A DNA stretch of 59,206 nt, filler included, from Sphacelaria rigidula (Eukaryota): assembly GCA_964200075.2 (NCBI GenBank). It is 9 parts of 9 records of this genome, joined end to end, with 100 filler letters (N's around TTAATTAATTAA, not from the genome) between each part and the next. Parts side by side here need not be neighbours in the genome. Positions count along the whole stretch, not along the records: positions 46,129 to 52,617 come from CAXNAA020019774.1; positions 52,718 to 59,206 come from CAXNAA020019775.1; 7 more parts are not named here. One strand, given 5' to 3'. The position numbers were made by a program, and so were the translations under genes. The stretch's first letter is position 1. Each line of letters starts with the position of its first letter. This document shows positions 50,001 to 59,206 of this stretch, piece after piece. Below the pieces are notes generated by a model. It saw nothing but the letters and a program-made list of their open reading frames with translations, ran no database searches and was not told the DNA's origin.

Positions 50001-51047
50001 TGATCCCGTTTGCATTTTCCCGTGAAATGACGTGTTGTAAGTCACGGGTACAATATAACGAAGCAGGGGCCAGCGAGATTTGCTTGTTTGTTGTGCCCTA
50101 TACATTGTCCGTATCACAACTGAAAGTCAAATTGTCGAACTTGCCGAGAGGCCGAGCCTAAAGTACAAATCCGCGTGTACGGTGTAGCACCTCATGCTTT
50201 TCCTGCAGCGACGCCTGGTGGTGGGGCTGGGCTTGCACGTTGGACACAGCTCTGCTTTGCGGGACCCCTCCGCAGGGCGACACGTTTTCTCTTCTTGCGC
50301 CCTTTTCTTTGTGGCACCCCGTGCACCGGCATGTTTTGCCTGCGCAATCTTCGCGTCTATTGCCTCAGCCTTGCCCTTCCAAACATCGTAGGCTTTTCGC
50401 AGTCCGGGATCTCGACCGACTTCCTGCGGGACGTCAAAACAGTACAGATAGACGGCGAAGGTCGCAGGAGGTGCCGTGAGATCCTTTGGGTTAGTTGACA
50501 CACAGCGTGCAACAAACGCTGCCGAGTGAGGCACTTCACGAAGGCGGCACTCCCGATGGTCCGGTGGGGGCTGCGGAGGGGGGTTAGAGCCAATCATCAT
50601 CCGTTGCGGCGCCATTCTGTGTTGGTGCACGAACCAACCGCCGATATGCTCACGAAGTATAAATCCTACACTGAGTATATCCATGCGTGCCCCTACAACT
50701 TCACTGCACTAAGTGGGCCAGGTCTACCCATCAAAACACGTGGGAAGGCCCCTCGGTAGTGGTACGGTATGCGTCATGTCCGGGTCATAGATACGTTTAG
50801 GATGTCGCTTCAGTCCCTTAGTCATGACGTCCACTCCAAAAGTACATCGTGTTTGATTTAACAGGCGAAGGACAAGCCCCGCATTTCGGCGGCAGCGGAA
50901 GGTACGACCTGTAAAAACGCCCCAACAGACACGGATCCTGCGTGGCCGAGGGGTTGCGAACTGTTCGCTCCAGCACTTCCCACCGAAGTATTTGCATTTC
51001 CCACGTACACTGTCCACCCCGCTACGGACGAACCATAAGATCCAGAG

Positions 51048-52030
51048 TCACCACCTGATGACGTAGTGGAAGAAACAGCAGCGGGGGAACCACCATCCGC
51101 GGCCGCTGCGCCCGCGTCGCTGGTTGACACGGCCCCGTCCACCGTGACGACCGCCTCGAGATCCTGATGAATCTCGCGCACTTCCTTGAGCAGCGCCTTG
51201 AGCGCGAGGCTCGGGGTAGTCCTCAATCAGATGTCCCCTGTCGTTGCAGTTGTGACACGCGCGAGTGGACGACGCTCGCGAAGATGGTTGATGCTTATGT
51301 TGCTGTTGCTGTTTGCGGTGCGCACCACCTGCACTTGTTGCAGAATCGCGCCGGCTTTGTGCTTCGATGAATGTCCACTGGTCAGCGGCAAAAAATATTG
51401 TTTTGAACATCACCGCCGGACTCGTATTCCATCCGTCTACATACGTTAGCACGAATCTAACAAACGCCTGGAATTCCGGAGGCGAAATCCCATCCACCAA
51501 AGCAATGGAAACCGAGTCGGCCGGGCCTGGCGACCAACTCTTCTCCGCACGGTACATGGCTTGCACCGTTAGGTTTTCTGCTGAAAACGTTTCCATCGAT
51601 GAACTGACCATCATCGCACGAATCTTCACGAATTTTACACTGCTTTGTGGCATAGCAAGGACTCTACGTAGGTCTGCTGTACCCCGCGCAGTGTCATGCT
51701 TGCCACCGGTTGTGGTGTACCCGGCATGCTGCTTTACAGCATCTAGCAATCATTTGGGGGTCATAGCCCGACGGTTCTTGTACATAGCTTCGGAGCACCG
51801 GTGAGTATAGGTAGGGATGAGTTGTCCGATGCTCACCCGGGCATACCTTACGACTCCTGTTCCGTTGGGCAAATGCAAGCTCTCTAACTAGTCGACATAT
51901 GCGGCATGAAAAACGTCTGACGCTTCTTCAGTCCACACCTCGCCATATTTGGGCGGCTCTAATGGCTCACCTGACACCAGCGGCGCTGCCGCCGCTTGAG
52001 CCATGTCGACTAGAATTCAACACTTCCCTG
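51048..52030 (-). pseudogene. Gag-like relic with a degenerate CCHC zinc knuckle (LTR retrotransposon)
   Basis: CHNCNDRGHLIEDY (last Cys replaced by Tyr) followed by an RG-rich tail. The upstream part is frameshifted. Confidence 0.6.
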
Positions 52031-53039
52031 AGAGACTCTTGCCTGAATTTTGCGTCCTCCAGCACACGGAGCGCCCCCCACTGCTGTGCGCTACAGGTTG
52101 ATCTCTCTGTCTGCGGGCTAAATTGGCTCCCAGCTGGGCTCACTTTTCTCCTCAGTCAAACTCCTTTAACAGAGTGCCGGAAGGATATCAAGATATTATA
52201 GCCTCTGCCAGACGATCTGGACATGAGGACTATCAACGAGAGGCTCCTCCAGTAGCACTGGCCTCGTGCTCGACAACTTCTTTCTTTAAACTTGTTATTA
52301 TCTTTGAGTGATCCTCAACAGACCACATCGATAGTCAGACAGCAAGGGGCCGCCACACAGATAAGGTTCATCAATCTAAGACCCTATGTCCTCTACCACT
52401 GCTCCAATCATGCATGCGATCATACTGACCCGTACGGCTTGGCATAATTCGGCTACAAACTGCAATAACTACACGGGGATCGCTCTGGTATCGCACGCAG
52501 GGAAACTGCTCCTAACAACAAATTGTGCAAATTGCGGTTTAACTCCGAGATAAAACAGGGTTGCCAGAAAAATGAGAACGTATTTTGAAATGAGAATCAA
52601 CCGCTCCCCGGGATTGTNNNNNNNNNNNNNNNNNNNNNNNNNNNNNNNNNNNNNNNNNNNNTTAATTAATTAANNNNNNNNNNNNNNNNNNNNNNNNNNN
52701 NNNNNNNNNNNNNNNNNCGAGTATTTCAGTTTTGTTTTTCTTGGGTACAGTACGTCTATCATGAGACCACGGCTGGATCCCTGGGGGGTTAGGTAAAGTG
52801 CGACAATCAATCAATTTATCAATCACACAAAAATCAAGTAAACAACAGTTGGGTTACCGACACCTGCGTAAGCTAAACTGACGCGGCTAACCTCACAGTT
52901 TTTCAATTTCTCAACACGGGGTTGTACACAGGGTGGACTCCACGCACGAGAGCAGCTATTCCTTGCTGGAAAATCTCAGCCGCACAGACCACGACAAGGC
53001 TCGAGGAGGCTCCGGGTAAGCAATGGCCGTGCTTCCTTC

Positions 53040-53570
53040 TTTTAGTCCAATGGTTCGACTGGCACCATTTGGGGGTGGGGAGAGCGTGGGTTCGATTGCC
53101 GCCAGATGCGTTCGGGTTGTCTCTTCGAAGTCTCTGATTTTTGTCGTTAAAAGAGCAGCAAAAAGAGTTCGTTTGACGAAAGTCGACGCGGTGCGGGAGT
53201 AGTGCTGGTCCAATCCGGCAGATGAAAATGCAAAGCGTTCAAGGGTCGGACGGACTGATGATTCTTCTGGGAATTACTTGATTTTAGTGTGATTGCTTCG
53301 TACCGTACGAATCAATCCTTGGGCTTTGTTTTCAGCGTTGCAGCCCAGGTATGCGCAGCCCAGGCACGTGGAATGGCGCAAAAGCTGCGTGGAGACTTTT
53401 CTGACCAGCGGTTGACTCTTTTGCTCTTTGTTGAGCGATAAGGCCTGAAAAATCGTGGGTTTGGTGATTCGAACCGGTGATGATTTGTCCGAACCGTGAA
53501 AGCGTTTACTATAGCGGGAGAGAGATGGGTTGATCCCTTGAGACCACGGATTCATCCCGAGGAAGGGATA
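53040..53570 (+). repeat. Dispersed repeat with possible tRNA-like head (second putative SINE family); inverted copy ~56955-57220 and deleted copy ~58410-58550
   Basis: TAGTCCAATGG and GGTTCGATTGCC boxes. TTACTTGATTTTAGTGT..CCAGGCACGTGGAATGGCGCAAA is mirrored at ~57075-57185. GGTTGATC..GAGACCACGGA is shared with ~58500. Confidence 0.65.
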
Positions 53571-54334
53571 TGTTGACATGTTGGATGTGTTACGAAAACA
53601 AAAGGTAGGATCCCATTTCCGGGTTAGGACCGAGTGCTGTGGAGTACGCTGTGCATTATACGACTCTAGGCTGGTACCTTTTGCGATCCGAGGAGTCATC
53701 ACCCGTCGTATAACTACGGACCGCACTATGTTGGGACCTCCGTGATGCACTGTGAAAGTGCTGGAATCAATATTAAACGATCGACATTTTGGGCTATCAT
53801 GGGGTAAGCTGGATGAGCAATCAAATGCTTTGAAAATGTGGATATATATATATATATAATATATATATACAGTACGAGTATGATAGATGCTTTCCCCCCA
53901 AACTGAAGTAGATAACTGGAGAAACCAAGAACCGAGACGAGTCAGATGGTTGATTAGAATTTGCATGCGTATCAATGAAGTGAAATCCAATTTCACTACA
54001 GTATGCATGGTCAGAAGGCAAAAATGATTATTAAACAGTATAACTAGTAACTGATGGTCGTCCGTAGCTATGTTGATGGTTGATTGTTCGATGAACTGTC
54101 CAACATTAGGTGATTTGCTTATGGCTTCTTGCCGTCTGACGTCATTAATCTATGGTTGTCCCGCACTCTCTTTACTCCAGTGATGCCGCCGTCGGAGACT
54201 CGGCGAAATCGGAGAGGATCGGCGTACAATCTACACTGAAGAAGAAAGAGCAACTCAATCTAAGGTTCGCCTTTGTTGAATTTTGCATTTTATTTGTGTG
54301 TGTGTGTGCTTTTTTTTCTCCCCTTGAAAAGCCA

Positions 54335-55950
54335 GTGAACACCAGGGCTCTTCATGTTACACGTTACACGTTACATGTTACGTCACAAATGTGACGTATG
54401 AAAATTATACGTTACGTTACGTCATATTTTTGTACAGGTGCGGTACGTTACGTCACACCTGTGACGTATTAAAAAGTGATACGTTACGTTACGCCACAGT
54501 AACGTATTTTGAAATCTTTCACGTAACGTGTAACGTATTTTATACGTTACACGTCACTGTAAACGTTACACGTCATAATAAACATCACACGTGACAATGA
54601 ACGTCACACGTCACATTATTACGCGTTTGTGACGTGTAACGTATTTTGAAACGTTACCGTTGTGACGTGCAACGTATTTTGAAACGTTATTGTGACGTGT
54701 AACGTAAAATGAAACGTTACACTTCGACCGTGTTGAGAACGTATTTTGAAACGTTACCGTTGTGACGTGCAACGTATTTTGAAACGTTATTGTGACGTGT
54801 AACGTAAAATGAAACGTTACACTTCGACCGTGTTGAGGGCAAATGAACGCTACGNNNNNNNNNNTCATGTACCGCAACTTGGTACGGGAGGTTCACGGTG
54901 GCTGCCTTGTTCGAGCATGAGGCGCGTTCTGCTCGCTGTGTTGACATGTAAGAACGCGTTTCAGCTAGTGTATCGCTCATGCGTCCCTGACTCACACGTT
55001 GCAATTTCAAAGAAATACGTGAGTACGTTTTTGATGCACGATAATCAGAAAGTGAGATACCAAGATGCACGCAGGCCATGATGTACACATACAAACGCAA
55101 GTATGTACAGATAATACGTTGCGGTGATACCTGGTAGTCGGTTGGCATTCCGTAGGGCACCCAACACATGGCAATCCAATTCTGTGTATTATAATTATTT
55201 GCTCTCTCAGCAGGGCGTGAATGCAGTAGATCTATATTCTAGGGAGGTACAAAGCCCCGCTTGCTGCACGATCCTCTCTTGCAGCACCCTCTCTCTCTCT
55301 GCCGTGGAAGGGGACCCTGAGCTGCGCTCATTGTTACGGTATCCTGGGCCGCGCTCATTGTTACGTTACACGTCGCTCCCGCCCCGCCCCGTCTGTGCTA
55401 TCGAAGTTGGAAATTTGAAATTCGAAAACCCGAAATTCGTGCTTTCGGATTCCGATATTCGCTTGTTCTATGTTCTATGGTTGGGTGTGTTGTGGCAGTG
55501 CACGCTGCCGTGGCGCTGAACTTGCGCTTACATCGTGTGCGTATTATGATGACGTATGTACACTCTTCTTAAACCCATGTATCATATCATGCGAGTATCA
55601 CACATTCTTATCCCACACTAATTGTGGTACAAGTTGAGCGTGTGACGGTTGTGACGTTCATTCACACGTCACAAACGTATGATAATGTGACGTGCACCGT
55701 TGATTGTGACGTGTGACGTTTCAAAATACGCTACTGTGACGTAGTAAAAAAGATACGTCATGTCACGTCACGTTCGTGACGTATTGAAAATTAAACGTTA
55801 CGTCACGTCACATTTTTCACCGGTACGTTACGTTACGTCACATTTGTGACGTATTCGAAAAACATACGGTGCGTCACGTCACACCGTTGTGACGTACGTT
55901 TGCGACGTGTAACGTACGTGTAACGTGTAACGTAAAGCCCCTGTGTTCAC
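54335..55950. mobile_element. Non-autonomous TIR element (hAT-like CAGGG..CCCTG ends) with ACGT-core subterminal repeats
   Basis: Left GTGAACACCAGGGCTC..GTTACACGTTACACG versus right CGTGTAACGTGTAACGTAAAGCCCCTGTGTTCAC. Dense GTTACG/GTGACG/CGTCAC motifs at both ends with unique sequence between. Confidence 0.75.
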
Positions 55951-58900
55951 CACATGTCGGATCGTGTTGGCTTGGACTCTTTTCTTTCCCTTCTCACTGC
56001 TGAACTCTCCCCTTTTTTCGGGATGAGTCCGCGATCTTGTTTTGGTTCATTTCCTCATACCTTATTATAGGTAGCTAGCCTGAGACCACGGAAGGCGTTC
56101 GCATCAGATGTTCAGTACTGATGTACCGCGCAGATATCGGAACGGTTTTTAATGTAAAGACAACAACGACAACAGCAACAACAACAAGAAGAAGAACAAC
56201 AAAAACAAAAGTCTTCATTCACATTTCTCAGATTCCCCTGTTTTTCGTCATGATATTTGTGTAGTGATGAAAACTCTCAGGCTTTTTTTACCTAGTCTGG
56301 CGTGTTTGCCCATTTCTACTGTTTCGTTTCGTCCCTTCACTTTCACTTTTGCCCTCATCTCTCTTGACTTCCCGATTCATTTGCAGTGAGTGAATCTCAA
56401 TATTGTGCTCATGGTTGGATTCGTCGCGCATCAGCTATTGTGGCGCATATCAATATTTGAATCGACAAAAATCAAGTTCGGTTTCTCGATACGGTGCGTG
56501 GGGTGCACCATTTGTTCCTTTTGTACTCCTCCTCCCCCTTCTTCCGTGTTTTTTATCTTGACCCCCGTTTCTGTGTATGGTGTGCGTTTTTTTCGTTCCT
56601 TGTTATTGTTTTTCGCTTTGCGCCCGATCGTTTATCATGTCGTTCTCCAGCAATGTCGACCGCGCTCACGCCGTGGACCCGATGTTTCAAAAGATGAGCA
56701 AGATTTTCGACGAAGCAGGATCAAAGTGAGTGCTCCCTCTGATGTCTCCTGGTGTTCCGTGTTATAAAGTTCCCAGAGTTTCCGACAGTTCCTGGAGTTT
56801 TTCAAACGTTTCCACCTGAAGCCCTGGTGGGGAACGGCCTAGCGATATTCGTAGCGGGGTAGGTACTAGTTCTCCGCCTAGCTTGCATGTGTGTCGGCCT
56901 TAATCTGTCTGTTTTTACGGTTTCTTGGTTCATCCCCCCCCCACTCCTTCCCGACTATTTCACGGTTCGGACGAATCATCGCCGGGTCGAATCACCAAAT
57001 CCGCGATTTATTAGACCTGATTGCTCTAAAGAGAGAAAAGAGTCGACCGCTGGTCAAGCAGGTCTCCACCCAACGTTTGCGCCATTCCACGTGCCTGGAC
57101 TGCACGTACCTGGGTTGCAACGATGACAACAAAGCCTAACGATTGATTCGTACGATACGAATCAATTACACTAAAATCAAGTAATTTCCGGACGAATCAT
57201 TTACTCGTCTGACCCTTGGACTCTTCCTCAGCATGTGCGTGTTAGCGCGTGTCCACTGTGGCTGCACCCGTCTGTCCATGCTGTTACCACGGCTGGGGTC
57301 AATGTAAATCAGTCAATGTGCGACGATTTATCAATTAACCAATCATTCTACTAAGATGGACTTGTCGGTGCGATGAAGCAACGGCCATTATGTTGACCGC
57401 TCAGGCGTCAGACCTCGTCTCGGAACAATACCTGAAACCTGTTGCGACGGAAGATTTCGCGCATTGGACAAGTCATGAGTTAAAACAGTCTTGCGGTGTA
57501 ACCCTTCCAGTGAGAAAAAGGGACTGCAAAGTTATACCGTGAAATTCGGCAAGCTGAGTTGTAAACGAAACGATGATGAGTTATATGAGTTGAGTTCTGA
57601 GTTGTCCGACGTGTGGAAGGTCTGTGGTTTTAATGCCGGGAGATGTGTGTGTGTGTGTGCATGTGTGTGTGTGTTTTCCCCTTAATCTCTTGAGGTGTCG
57701 TCGTTATAATTCGCGAGAACGTGTTTCTAGAATAGCAAATGAATATGATCCTTGTGTCCTGTAGGGTGCGATTTTTTTAACACTCGAGGTTTTTACCTGG
57801 GTTTTATTATCACCCGACAGTTTTGTGAATTCTGTAAGCCTCTCATAGCGGTAGTTGATAGTTTTGTAAGATCTGTACGGAATGTCTACCCGTACCCCAG
57901 ATAAGGGGGGACTTTCTCTGTCTCATAAGTAAAGGTCTCCATGACTACGCAGGCCCTCAATGGTGTCCGATGTCGTAGGCGGTATTTTTTTTTATATATA
58001 TATTTTTTTAGATGGACCCCGATTTTTTTTTTTCATGCATCACCCTCCATTCATGAACGGCCAGACAAAAAGCGGTCGGCCCAAAAAAGGCCGTATTCCA
58101 CCCTTTTTTCAGGGGCGAAAAATTGTCGGAAGAGACAAACATTTTTTTTCGTTAATAGTGCTAGCCGTCACTGCGGCTTGATGCTTGATAGTATAAGGTT
58201 TTCGTGAAGGTCCCGTGATAATATTTCATCACCCTTTCTAACCTTCCTGCCATTTGCTGCGCCGGTACCCCGTGATGCTCTACATGTTCTGTAACGACTT
58301 CCATACCGGTACTGGACAGTTCTTTCTGTAAGTTGTGTGAGAAATTCCATACCCTACCGAACGTACGCGTACCGTACCGAATACCACCTTGGATTTTTTT
58401 TACTTCAACGGGCGTTGACACGGTGCGGGAGTGAGTGCTGTCATAATCCAATCCGGGAAAGTAGAGTGCAAGCGATGTGCAGTACCGGGGGAAAAAGATG
58501 GGTTGATCGCTCGAGACCACGGACTCGTCCCGAGGGGGGGGAAGGATGGAGAATATGACGGGAAAAAAATCACCGGTACGTTATTCACCACCCCGATGGT
58601 CGCCCTTCGGCAAGCTTTGTTGACGCCCGTTATCCCCGCGTCAGACTTCGATTCGGAAGAATATCGCAGGCTGACCTTCGACGCCGCTGACCCCTGCGCT
58701 TCCGCTTGTGCGTTCTTCCCTATCTGCGAATTCTACCCCCGATGGCGGCACGTACCGTAGATGTAGCGTGTCGTCAGACCAGCGGAATAGATTGGCCTCC
58801 GGCACGATCGGCGCTTCGCGCCGATGATGATTGAAAGCTTTTCGGCAACCGCCGGAGGCGCCAGCGAGTCCCCCAGAGAGGAAACAGCTTTGAGCGTGAT

Positions 58901-59142
58901 ATTGACCGTCATTTTGCATTACATATATGGCAATTTTTCTGTCACGCTGTTTTGCGTCACTTCGTGTTTATTTTTTTAATCCACGTCATTTGATGGCTTC
59001 CGAAGAACGTGTCGTTTACGAGATACTTCTGGGCACACCAATTTCGTGCACACACGTACGAGCGATGCAGGTATTCAATCTTAGTAGGTGCATTATTTGT
59101 GCTGTCATCCCATCTGTTCTGGACGCTAGTCTACACCTTTCG

Positions 59143-59143
<1 letters not shown>

Positions 59144-59206
<63 letters not shown>
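59144..59206. repeat. (TAT)n microsatellite at the contig end
   Basis: About 21 uninterrupted trinucleotide units. Confidence 0.97.

Noticed and set aside
53274..54008. 244-aa minus-strand ORF
   Set aside because: It runs through a dispersed repeat and a TA microsatellite and shows no protein motifs.
54638..54837. Exact 2 x 100-bp tandem duplication
   Set aside because: It is perfectly identical and lies next to a 10-N gap (54855-54864), so it may be a scaffolding artefact.

Overview
This is not one continuous locus. It is nine unrelated contigs of 6,489-6,490 bp, joined by 100-bp N(44)-TTAATTAATTAA-N(44) linkers at 6491, 13081, 19671, 26261, 32851, 39440, 46029 and 52618. The DNA is repeat-rich and eukaryotic. 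Long GT-AG introns, GC-rich exons and the element families suggest a brown alga or other stramenopile (inference). Contig 1 holds a decayed tyrosine-recombinase (Ngaro/DIRS-group) retrotransposon with CCCH gag, RT, RNase H and YR; about 20 copies of a 27-bp hairpin-cored repeat lie in frame just before the RT. Contig 2 holds a decayed chromodomain Ty3/Gypsy element whose integrase is cleanly split by a 241-bp MITE (GAG..CTC ends, 4-bp TSD). Contig 3 has a GAGCT-rich non-autonomous TIR element and a terminal host exon. Contig 4 has two exons of a DEAD-box-like gene with degenerate motifs (DSAD, SAA) and an intronic tRNA-derived SINE. Contig 5 has two exons of a CCCH zinc-finger gene. Contig 6 has a decayed, apparently intron-containing Academ (AcademX-type) transposase gene with DDE, XPG/PIN and Cys-rich regions. 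Contigs 7-9 hold non-autonomous TIR elements with dense subterminal motifs, SINE and LINE relics, a gag relic, foldbacks and microsatellites. All protein calls come from motif recognition by eye; no searches were run.
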